Source: Pseudomonas phage Baskent_P6
DNA: 64,000 bases
Sequence record: PQ415074.1
Direction: 5' to 3' (one strand)
The position numbers and the translations under genes are program-made. The notes under the pieces were generated by a model. That model worked only from the letters and a program-made list of their open reading frames with translations, had not been told where the DNA came from and did not search any database. How positions within the stretch are numbered: the first letter of the stretch is position 1; every line of letters begins with the position of its first letter. This document shows, piece by piece, positions 57,436 to 64,000 of the stretch.

Positions 57436-58452
57436 TCAGGCTGCTTTCGCGGGTGACTTCTCGACGATCACGCCCGGCAGATTCAGCGTTTGGCCCTTGC
57501 TGTTGGCCAGGCTGTCCAGTGCCGGCTGGTCGACAACGAGCAAGTCCTCGGTGGCCAGGCCTTCGGCGATGGCGGCGATGAACGCGGTTTTATCGACGAC
57601 GCGGGCGCGCCACTGGGTAGCGCTGGGCTCTGCTGCCTTGCCGGCGGGCTTGATCTGGGCGGGCGCTGGTGCAACCTCGGCCTTCGGCGCCTCCGGCTCG
57701 ACAGCGACGGGCGTGTCCTGCTCGGCGAGCTGCTGGCGCGCGGCGGCAAGCTCCTGCTGCTGGCGCGCCAGTTCTTCGCGTTGGCGTTGCATTTCCTCTT
57801 GCTGCCGGCGCATTTCCGCCTGTTGCTCCTCCATGCGGCGGCGCATTTCGGCTTGCTGGGCTTCCAACTCCTGCCGCTGGCGCTCCGCTTGCTCGAAGGC
57901 CAGGCGGTCGGTCAGCATTTGGGTCAGTTCGTCCATGGCCGTCTGCTGTGCGGCTTGGGCTTCCTTCGTCAAGTCGTAGAAGTCGTGTGCTGTGTCGATT
58001 TCGCCACAGCGGTCGATCATCGCGGCAATCTCGTCGCTGGTCTTGCCGCGTACCTGGGCCGGCATCCCTTTGATGGCGTCGACCTTCGACAGCAGGCGTG
58101 CGATCCGTTCCTGGCGCTCGCGTTCGACGCGATCGTCGACCTCCTTCTTGGCGGCCTTCATCGGATCTTCCAACGTCACCAGTGCGGCGGTGATCCGCTT
58201 CGCCTCGGCGTCGATGATCTGGCCTGCCTCGATGTAAGGCGCCTTTTCACGCTTGCGAGCGGCTTCCAGGCTGGTGCGCAGTGTGGTCAATTCCTTGATA
58301 CCGGCCTTGATGAACTCGTAGCCATCGGCGGTATTGGCGTCCGGCAGCGTCGCGTACTTCTCGCGAAGTTTTGCCAGGGCGGCGTTGGTTGCGTTGTACT
58401 CGGCGACCTCGACGGTACCGTTTTCCAGGTCAACATTTTTCAGGATGGTCAT
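57436..58452 (-). CDS. Coiled-coil protein of the recombination module (DUF1351-like position)
   Basis: Start MTILKNVDLENG chosen inside track ORF 57436..58518; long QAEMRRRMEEQQAEMRRQQEEMQRQREEL coiled coil. Confidence 0.5.
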   Translation of the reverse strand: MTILKNVDLENGTVEVAEYNATNAALAKLREKYATLPDANTADGYEFIKAGIKELTTLRTSLEAARKREKAPYIEAGQIIDAEAKRITAALVTLEDPMKAAKKEVDDRVERERQERIARLLSKVDAIKGMPAQVRGKTSDEIAAMIDRCGEIDTAHDFYDLTKEAQAAQQTAMDELTQMLTDRLAFEQAERQRQELEAQQAEMRRRMEEQQAEMRRQQEEMQRQREELARQQQELAAARQQLAEQDTPVAVEPEAPKAEVAPAPAQIKPAGKAAEPSATQWRARVVDKTAFIAAIAEGLATEDLLVVDQPALDSLANSKGQTLNLPGVIVEKSPAKAA

Positions 58453-58456
58453 GGTG

Positions 58457-59212
58457 TCATTCCTCGGGGCTGGTAGGAGCGGGGGAAAGCTGGCGCAGGC
58501 GCTCATCGGCGGCTTCATTCACGCGCAGCTCAATCTCTGAGGGGTTGAAGTTGACGACTGGCGCTTTGGCGCGGGCCTTCTCGGCGACTTGCTTACGCAT
58601 TAACTCCAGGGCGCGGGAGTTCGGTGCCGCGGCGATCGCGTCGAGTTGTGCGCGAAGCCAGGTCTTGAATTCGTCCTTGGCTTCGTCCAGGGCTGTCTCG
58701 GGATCGCCGGCATCGGCCAGGCGCTCTTTCAGCTTCAGGCCTTCGACATAGGTCGTGTCGTCGAACATGCCCATGTGAATGTCGGCGCTGAACCCGAGGA
58801 GTGACAGACACTTCTTGATGGCGTCGGTGAGTGACTTCTTGCCGTAGTCGTGGTCGGTCTTGAAGCCCCACTCGGTCTTGTAGACGTAGGGGGTGTGCCC
58901 GTATTGACGGGCGTGATTGATCGTCCCGTCGTGGCGGTACCAGAGTTCGATGTACAGGGTGTGGGTCTTGTCGTGGCAGATGACCGCACCGTTCTTATCG
59001 AGGTGCGGTGCGCCTTCATCGAAGCGCTCTACCAAGACCTTCCAGCCCCAGCCCTTGCCGACGGGGCCGAATAGCTCAGTCGCACGACGGACGATGTACA
59101 AGCCGTTGATGGACGTCATGTCCTGACCGTTGAGCTTCGCCTGCCTTGTGTACCTGGTGTCCGTTTCTTTCACTTGGTCCCAGATAGCCATGTTGCTATT
59201 CAAGTTCGTCAT
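58457..59212 (-). CDS. Rad52-family single-strand annealing protein (Sak-like)
   Basis: KKSLTDAIKKCLSLLGFSADIHMG resembles the K.A.SDA.KRA...FG.G Rad52-family signature; sits beside exonuclease and SSB. Confidence 0.5.
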   Translation of the reverse strand: MTNLNSNMAIWDQVKETDTRYTRQAKLNGQDMTSINGLYIVRRATELFGPVGKGWGWKVLVERFDEGAPHLDKNGAVICHDKTHTLYIELWYRHDGTINHARQYGHTPYVYKTEWGFKTDHDYGKKSLTDAIKKCLSLLGFSADIHMGMFDDTTYVEGLKLKERLADAGDPETALDEAKDEFKTWLRAQLDAIAAAPNSRALELMRKQVAEKARAKAPVVNFNPSEIELRVNEAADERLRQLSPAPTSPEE

Positions 59213-59477
59213 GGTGTTGCTCGCTTGACGGCTGCCGGCGCCGTGGCTGGTTGTTCCGCGGTAATCAGTCCGCCCCAGATCGGGCCTAGGGCGAGAATGA
59301 GCAGGAAGAGGAGGCCGCCGATCAGGCCGCCCACCCAGATGGCTTTGCGCTTCGCGTTCATGTCGGGAGCATCCTGTAGATCAGCCAGCCGTAGAACGGA
59401 GCCACCAGGGCCAGCACGCCGATGGCCGACGCAACTTCGGTGAGCGCCCGCCGGGCGCCAGTCGCATTTGGCTTCAT
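59209..59477 (-). CDS. Two tiny overlapping ORFs (about 50 and 40 aa) each with one hydrophobic helix (59358..59477 and 59209..59361)
   Basis: MKPNATGARRALTEVASAIGVLALVAPFYGWLIYRMLPT and MNAKRKAIWVGGLIGGLLFLLILALGPIWGGLIT...; ATGA overlap between them; below the 60-aa track threshold. Confidence 0.3.
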
Positions 59478-59845
59478 GCGGAGGCCCCTCCCTTGGCTTT
59501 GTCGATTGCGCTTCGGGCCGCCTCGATCGCCGCAGTTGTGATCGCGTTGCGATGCTGCGGCAGATAGCCGACCAGCGCGCAGTACGCCTGCTCCAGGGCG
59601 ATGAGTAATTCGGGGCCGTAGCTTTCAACGCGCCGCCGTGCTGCGCATTCCGCCCGCTTGCGGTTGTCGCGCTCGATTGCAGACTGCGCTTCCTGTTCGG
59701 TGGCGTAGAACCTGTACCAGTCAGCGCGCTTCGCGATGCGCGTGCCGTCGGCTCGAACGTAGTAGGCCTTCGTTTCCCGAACGAACTCACAGCGGCTAGC
59801 TGCGTCTCGGCCGGCCCGGACTTGAAAGCGGGTGATTGGATTCAT
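59474..59845 (-). CDS. Hypothetical protein (123 aa)
   Basis: ORF. Confidence 0.45.
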   Translation of the reverse strand: MNPITRFQVRAGRDAASRCEFVRETKAYYVRADGTRIAKRADWYRFYATEQEAQSAIERDNRKRAECAARRRVESYGPELLIALEQAYCALVGYLPQHRNAITTAAIEAARSAIDKAKGGASA

Positions 59846-60063
59846 ACCCGAGTGCTCCTGAGTTCTGCCCAGCGGGCGTCCGACGCGGCGTCGAGCCGGT
59901 GGCGCATGTCGTCGTAAATACGGGTGTCGATGAAGCCGACCGCATAGGCCAGTTCAATTTGGCCGTGGATGAACTTCTGGTCCGGGCGCGGGAACGGTGA
60001 TCGGCGCATCGCCGTAATGCCTTCCTCGATCATCAGCACCGCGCGTTCATTCGCCCAGGCCAT
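59842..60063 (-). CDS. Hypothetical protein (73 aa); a 48-aa acidic ORF (60046..60192) is coupled upstream
   Basis: Internal ATG MAWANERAV; GATGGCCTGGGCGAATGA stop/start overlap. Confidence 0.4.
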   Translation of the reverse strand: MAWANERAVLMIEEGITAMRRSPFPRPDQKFIHGQIELAYAVGFIDTRIYDDMRHRLDAASDARWAELRSTRV

Positions 60064-60317
60064 CGTCGTCCTCCTGCTCGTCCTCGGGCTCCGGTTCCGG
60101 CTGGTCCCAGAGCGGGTCGACGGCACGGTCGTAAGCCAGTTGCGCGTTGCTGAAAGCCGCGCGGTTGCGGCACTCGCGGTATGTCCACATCGGGATGCTC
60201 TCCGTGGTTCACCTGCATTCGGCAGCACCCGGGCACGACTGCCGTGTGCCTGGGTGCTCTCGAATGGAGGTTGAAAAAAGCCCGGCCGGAGCCGGGCAAG
60301 GGGGGGATGAAACGGGC

Positions 60318-60689
60318 TCAGGAAACAGCAGTGCAGTTGCGCAGCAGCACCGGCGTGGCCTGACCTTCTAGCCAGATCACCGCCATGCCGGAGGCGGAAA
60401 CTTTGGCTTGAGTGAGCGTTCTGGTGCGGATGGGGATGGAGTCGCGGAGCGGACGGTACTCAACGGCCACCTGGGCCGGGTGCGTGCGATTCCACTCTTC
60501 AACCAGGTCTTTGGGTGAGGCGGACCGGACGGCGCCAACCCGGGCGTAGATCTCGGCGCGATGAATGGCCATCGCTTCCGGAGCAACGATTCCGAGGCGG
60601 ATCTGGCCGCCTCTGTTCTCGACGACGGTCACGGTGATGTCGTCGCCAATGTGCAGGGTTTCGCCGACTCGGCGAGTGAGGATCAGCAT
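60318..60689 (-). CDS. CsrA/RsmA-family RNA-binding protein homolog with about 70-aa C-terminal extension
   Basis: [48 protein letters not shown] matches the CsrA fold sequence (MLILTRR.GE...IG..I.V.V......VR.GI.AP....I.R.EIY). RBS ggagg. Confidence 0.7.
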   Translation of the reverse strand: MLILTRRVGETLHIGDDITVTVVENRGGQIRLGIVAPEAMAIHRAEIYARVGAVRSASPKDLVEEWNRTHPAQVAVEYRPLRDSIPIRTRTLTQAKVSASGMAVIWLEGQATPVLLRNCTAVS

Positions 60690-60723
60690 GTGTGCCTCCG
60701 TTCAGGATGCTGGGCGCGCGGGC

Positions 60724-60936
60724 TCAAGCCGGCTCGCAGTGGGAAAGGGCAACGCAACCAGACACGCCCGCGAGCCAGACGACAGCGGTGTGGCCGCCGA
60801 GGACCTGGGCTTCGGTTGTCGTCCGGGTGCGCTTCGGCGTGGCGTGGCGATGAAACCGATAGTTGACCTCGGTGCCGGCGGGGTATGCGGAATTCCAGGC
60901 AGCAACGGTCGCCGCCGGGTTGGCGTTTCGCTTCAT
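60724..60936 (-). CDS. Hypothetical small protein (70 aa)
   Basis: Internal ATG of track ORF 60724..61203. Confidence 0.3.
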   Translation of the reverse strand: MKRNANPAATVAAWNSAYPAGTEVNYRFHRHATPKRTRTTTEAQVLGGHTAVVWLAGVSGCVALSHCEPA

Positions 60937-61153
60937 CGTGTGTCTCCGGATAGAGTTCGGTGGGGCTGGTGATGCCCTGCTACGGGCAGGGCTGCGGGTT
61001 AAAGCGGGAAGGCCGCACGCACGCTGCCAGCTCGAATAAAGAGAATCGCCAGCTTGCGAACCTTCAGATACTTGGCTCTTGTCTGGCGGCCGCTGCGGCT
61101 CAGCTTGTCCATTTCGCCAACCCAAGCGTTGTAGATGTTCAGCGCGTAGTTGC

Positions 61154-61378
61154 TCATGTCCTTTCCTCGGTGATGCCCCGGCGAACCGGGGCAGTGTTCT
61201 CACAGGCGTAACAAATTCCGGTAGCCGTCACCCCCAGGCGCCCACACTCGGGGCAGCTCGCATCGCTGCGCACCTGCTCCTGCGCCTCCTCGTAGCAACC
61301 ATCGCAGCGGAATCCGTCGGACGTCTCGATCACGCGACCGGGCGCGTTGCACCGGTCGCATTCGTGAATGATTGTCAT
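61154..61378 (-). CDS. Small double Zn-ribbon protein (74 aa)
   Basis: CDRC...CDGC and CPEC...CYAC. Confidence 0.5.
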   Translation of the reverse strand: MTIIHECDRCNAPGRVIETSDGFRCDGCYEEAQEQVRSDASCPECGRLGVTATGICYACENTAPVRRGITEERT

Positions 61379-61395
61379 CGGGTCGACTCCTTACA

Positions 61396-61602
61396 TCACG
61401 CATGCATCCGCACGGTGATGTAGCCGTTGCTGGCAACTACGTGCTCCCAACAATTGAAGAAGACGGACTGTCCGAACTTCTTCATGGCCGCCTGGCGAAC
61501 CTTCACCTCAACGTCCAGAGGCTGTTCACCAGCGTCCGGCAGAGCAAGCCATTGCAGGCTCTTTCCGTCACTCAGGTGGGAATCGATGTTGAATTGAGCC
61601 AT
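61396..61602 (-). CDS. Hypothetical small protein (68 aa)
   Basis: ORF. Confidence 0.45.
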   Translation of the reverse strand: MAQFNIDSHLSDGKSLQWLALPDAGEQPLDVEVKVRQAAMKKFGQSVFFNCWEHVVASNGYITVRMHA

Positions 61603-61612
61603 TTCAGTCTCC

Positions 61613-61819
61613 TTACCAGGGTTTACCGGCGTTGATGTATGCGCTTCCTGCTAGCTCGGTTAGAGCTAATAGCTGCCAGGAATCGATCGCTCCGCCGTAG
61701 TGCAATCCGCGCAACATCCCGACCGTTTCGTAGTACTCGATGCGCGCTCGGTGTACATCGCTCTCCCTGCGAATGATTCGAAGAGACTGACGTAAAGCCA
61801 GTAAGGCCTTTTCATTCAT
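61613..61819 (-). CDS. Hypothetical small protein (68 aa), first gene of the leftward early operon
   Basis: Internal Met (MNEKALL) of track ORF 61613..62125; the longer form would start upstream of the inferred pL -10. Confidence 0.4.
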   Translation of the reverse strand: MNEKALLALRQSLRIIRRESDVHRARIEYYETVGMLRGLHYGGAIDSWQLLALTELAGSAYINAGKPW

Positions 61820-62104
61820 CGTCTTGCCCTCCAGGGCGTGTTGACTTCTTCGATGCCCCTCTTGCGAAGGGCATCTGAGAAATCGGTGTTGCTGGCCGGC
61901 GTTACGCGCCACCTCCGGCTGGGCGAATGCTTTCTCGGGGGACCTGAGATCCCGACAGCCGGCCACGCTTTGCTGCCGACTCTCGCTTGCGGTGCTCGAA
62001 GCTGCACACCCGGGGCGAGGCGTCCCCTGAATCCCGTTCTGCCTGTCGGCAAGGCCTTGGCTCGCTGTGGCCTGTTCTGTCGTCACGATGTTCTGTGTCG
62101 ATGA

Positions 62105-62160
62105 GATAAAAATTACCAGTGGCATTTAAGTAATGTCAATGCTGATGGTAATAAAATTTT
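62105..62160 (-). promoter_or_regulatory. pL/OL-like region: leftward TTGACA-N17/18-TAATTT promoter overlapping operator-like half-sites (ccactggtaatt; tggtaataaaatt)
   Basis: Read on the - strand: cattgacattacttaaatgccactggtaatttttatc; similarity to the CACAGGTAATATT operators at the cI/cro side. Confidence 0.45.
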
Positions 62161-62181
62161 CCAACGCTCATCAGGCACAGG

Positions 62182-62222
62182 TTGAATGGGTGAGGTGGTG
62201 GGTATACTGTATTTATATACAG
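62182..62222 (+). promoter_or_regulatory. Rightward sigma70-like promoter (TTGAAT-N15-TATACT) overlapped by a perfect LexA/SOS box CTGTATTTATATACAG (62207..62222)
   Basis: Read directly; box fits CTGT-N8-ACAG; the -10 hexamer overlaps the box. Confidence 0.6.
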
Positions 62223-62238
62223 CTAACGGGAGGTGCTT

Positions 62239-62508
62239 ATGGCTAAGCAACAGAAGAAGCAGCAGGTGGTGAAACCGCTGACGGCAGCCGAACGGCTGGG
62301 CCTGCGCGTTTCAGAGATGATCAATTCACCGAAGGCTCAGGATCTGAGGATGGTGACAATTCACCGGCTGGACACGGATTCCGATGAAGCCTGGGAGGGA
62401 GTGATGGGAGTACTTGCCGAGACGGACGGTCTTGAGCTGATCTTTAACGATGACGGTACCGTCACTCTTAAGTGGGAGAAGCAGGAGAGGGAGGAGGAGG
62501 CCTGGTAG
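62239..62508 (+). CDS. Small acidic hypothetical protein (90 aa), LexA-box controlled, in the immunity region
   Basis: RBS gggaggtg before ATG 62239; ends at the shared terminator. Confidence 0.5.
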   Translation: MAKQQKKQQVVKPLTAAERLGLRVSEMINSPKAQDLRMVTIHRLDTDSDEAWEGVMGVLAETDGLELIFNDDGTVTLKWEKQEREEEAW

Positions 62509-62520
62509 GCTGGATACGAA

Positions 62521-62543
62521 AAGCCCCGCGTGGGGCGGGGCTT
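62521..62543. terminator. Rho-independent terminator AAGCCCCGC-gtggg-GCGGGGCTT shared by cI (- strand, T-run present) and gene 62239..62508
   Basis: 9-bp stem; on the - strand it is followed by TTTTCGT. Confidence 0.65.
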
Positions 62544-62560
62544 GTTAAGCAAGGCGCGTA

Positions 62561-63346
62561 TCAGTGCTTCCTACGTCTGAGTACCGACCACCAGAATACC
62601 CAGCCCATGATGCTGAGGTTGTTCTCGCGCATCTGGTCCTTGGTGTACTCCTCGTCTGGGTATTCGTCACGGTTAAAACTGCGTAGGCGGATGCCACCAC
62701 CAGGCAATCGGTAGACGAACTTCACCCGTAGCATGTCATCGTGTTTCAACGCATAAATCTCGCCATCGATTATCGTATGGGCGGATAGGTCAACCCCGAT
62801 GATGGCGCCATCGGCAATCAGAGGCTCCATGCTGTTGCCACTGACATTCACGCAGACCGAATGTTTTGGATCCACCCCCGACTCGCGCAGACCAGCCTTC
62901 GCGAACCTGATTTTTTGCTTGGCCTGCTCACGGTCGGGATAGCGACCGTCCCCCGCGGCGATTTGGATCTCGTCGAAGTACGGTATTTCAACCTCATCCG
63001 GGTCGAGCGGGTCCCCCACCTCGAAACTGGACATGGGCGTAAGTTCGCCCTCTGTCTCCGCTTTAGGCGCCGGCCGGAGAGTCTTCGCCATATCCGTTAT
63101 TTCGTCCGCTAGGCGCGGACTGAACTCCCGAACATGAACCTGGAGAATTTCTGCGAATGCCGCCGCTGCCTGGGCGTTCAAAGGGTTCACGCCATTCAGG
63201 TAGTGGCTAACGGAGCTTTGGTTGATCCCAAGGAGGTGGGCGAGCTTCTCCTGCGTTAGACCGAGGTCACGCTTTCTGCTGTTGAAGATGGCCTTCAGTT
63301 GAAGGCACTCGTCTTTTCTGTCTGGTGGAAGAGGTTTTTTGCTCAT
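62561..63346 (-). CDS. cI: CI-like repressor (N-terminal HTH, C-terminal S24 LexA-like autopeptidase domain)
   Basis: HTH LGLTQEKLAHLLGINQSSVSHYLNG; C-terminal GNSMEPLIADGAIIGVD...K (Ser/Lys dyad context). Start MSKKPLPP inside track ORF 62561..63382. Confidence 0.85.
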   Translation of the reverse strand: MSKKPLPPDRKDECLQLKAIFNSRKRDLGLTQEKLAHLLGINQSSVSHYLNGVNPLNAQAAAAFAEILQVHVREFSPRLADEITDMAKTLRPAPKAETEGELTPMSSFEVGDPLDPDEVEIPYFDEIQIAAGDGRYPDREQAKQKIRFAKAGLRESGVDPKHSVCVNVSGNSMEPLIADGAIIGVDLSAHTIIDGEIYALKHDDMLRVKFVYRLPGGGIRLRSFNRDEYPDEEYTKDQMRENNLSIMGWVFWWSVLRRRKH

Positions 63347-63362
63347 CTTCGAATCGTATTCC

Positions 63363-63424
63363 CACAGGTAATATTTCAGCAAATGCCTATAGCATTGAAA
63401 TGTTTAAATGCCACAGGTAATATT
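63363..63424. promoter_or_regulatory. OR-like operators: two exact copies of CACAGGTAATATT (63363..63375, 63412..63424) in the cI/cro intergenic region
   Basis: tcccacaggtaatatttc and tgccacaggtaatattct read directly. Confidence 0.6.
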
Positions 63425-63454
63425 CTGGTGTGAGGAACACTTTGGAGAGCGGTC

Positions 63455-63655
63455 ATGAACCGAGTACACATCAAGACATTTGCCTCCGAGCACGGGCAGT
63501 CCAGGGCTGCGGCGCTACTCGGCATCACTCAAGGGGCACTCAGCAAGGCTTTGCGTGTTGGTCGTGACATCTACGTCACCGCGCATGCTGATGGGACTTT
63601 CACTGCCGAGGAGGTGCGCACCTTTCCGGCCCAGAAGGTGCGCTTCGTTTCTTGA
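63455..63655 (+). CDS. cro: Cro-like repressor (66 aa)
   Basis: Small HTH protein (GQSRAAALLGITQGALSKAL) divergent from cI. Confidence 0.6.
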   Translation: MNRVHIKTFASEHGQSRAAALLGITQGALSKALRVGRDIYVTAHADGTFTAEEVRTFPAQKVRFVS

Positions 63656-63732
63656 CATGGACTGGTTCGTAGCAGGCGTGACTGCTGCAAGTAGATGCGT
63701 CAGCCAGCGCTTGGCGCAGGAGAACCAGGGCC

Positions 63733-64000
63733 TATGGGAACCGAGAACAGGGCTGACATGCAGTTCACCGTGACGATCAATCAAGCGAAAGCGCTCGAGT
63801 GGGGGCTGAACTCGCAGCAGGCGCTGCTGTTCGCCTTCGTCTACGAGTGCCCGAGTTGGGCGCGCCTGGTTCAGACGCCCGCAGGTGATTTCTACGCCCT
63901 GAGCAAAGCGAAGATCCTCGAGGAGTTGCCGCTGCTGACGGACAAGCCGGACACGGCGTACCGCTTGCTGAAGCAGATCGCTGCGGCCGGTGTGATCGAT
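63733..64000 (+). CDS. Replication initiator, N-terminal DNA-binding part; 3'-partial at the window edge
   Basis: Open to the window end; winged-helix-like N-terminus, as in O-type initiators; position after cro. Confidence 0.45.

Larger units (their letters stand above)
1..64000. mobile_element. Temperate lambdoid/P22-like podovirus-type phage genome, near complete, unintegrated configuration (attP intact)
   Basis: Colinear modules present: ori iterons + O/P-like, NinG, TerS/TerL, portal, scaffold, P22-type coat, ejection proteins, holin/SAR-endolysin/Rz-Rz1, attP arm repeats + tyrosine integrase + AlpA, early-left recombination/anti-restriction operon, cI/cro with repeated operators. No tape-measure or tail-tube genes. 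Confidence 0.85.

Noticed and set aside
61816-62052. Arg-rich 78-aa ORF in the pL leader as a lambda-N-like antiterminator
   Set aside because: Requires a TTG start, has no RBS I could see, and is entirely overlapped in another frame by the longer track ORF; typical of spurious ORFs in high-GC DNA. Kept only as a note under the leader finding.
62233-62238. GTG-initiated longer form (MLM…) of the LexA-controlled small gene
   Set aside because: ATG at 62239 has better spacing to the GGGAGG RBS; the GTG lies inside the RBS.
1-64000. Window as an exact complete circular genome (end joins to start)
   Set aside because: The replication-protein frame at 63733..64000 and the open frame at nt 1 are offset by one nucleotide, so the two edges are not directly contiguous; some sequence probably lies outside the window.
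1-64000. CRISPR arrays, rRNA, tRNA genes
   Set aside because: No regularly spaced short repeats with unique spacers and no cloverleaf-compatible segments noticed on reading; intergenic space is small. tRNAscan was not run, so small tRNAs cannot be absolutely excluded.

Overview
This window reads as a near-complete (~64 kb) genome of a temperate lambdoid, P22-like, podovirus-type phage from a high-GC gammaproteobacterium (Pseudomonas-like codon usage). It appears captured in the unintegrated (attP-containing) configuration. No database search or HMM scan could be run; every domain call below rests on motifs I could read in the sequence. The order on the + strand is: replication origin iterons inside the 3' part of an O-like initiator gene (1..675), a P-like gene, NinG, terminase small and large, portal, scaffold, P22-type coat, head-tail and tail/ejection proteins, a giant 3782-aa ORF (27444..38792), a lysis cassette (holin, SAR endolysin, Rz with embedded Rz1), morons, an attP region with AGTACAT arm repeats, and a tyrosine integrase (42727..43962). 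Converging on it from the - strand is AlpA and a long early-left operon: Zn-ribbon proteins, a PD-(D/E)xK nuclease, DUF4406, a MazG-like enzyme, a C5-cytosine methyltransferase with a repeat-rich insertion, an SF2-helicase/N6-N4 methyltransferase fusion, an RdgC fused to an FtsK gamma domain, SSB, a DnaQ-like exonuclease, a Rad52-like annealing protein and a CsrA/RsmA-like protein. The window ends with a cI-like repressor, repeated CACAGGTAATATT operators, cro, and the 5' part of the replication initiator. The giant ORF is the main finding: it carries a ParB-like nuclease domain, a gamma-class N6-adenine methyltransferase domain, two HExxH zincin-like motifs and a PLxRFG-type motif. That combination matches the 'polyvalent protein' class of injected anti-defense effectors, and the ORF sits at the ejection-protein position of the structural module. 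Secondary findings: two perfect LexA/SOS boxes each in front of a small accessory gene (one beside cI, one beside attP); a 13-mer hairpin (GCGCAGGAGTGCG, stem GCGC, GGA in the loop) repeated exactly three times, plus one weaker CGCAGGAGT site, all immediately 5' of structural-gene start codons, which has the architecture of a CsrA/RsmA binding site while the phage itself encodes a CsrA homolog; a recurrent CCCCC[TC]GTA[AG]GG[TA]T motif in four late-region intergenic spaces; low-GC morons with their own promoter and terminator; and methyltransferase activity encoded three separate times. No rRNA, tRNA or CRISPR array was recognised.
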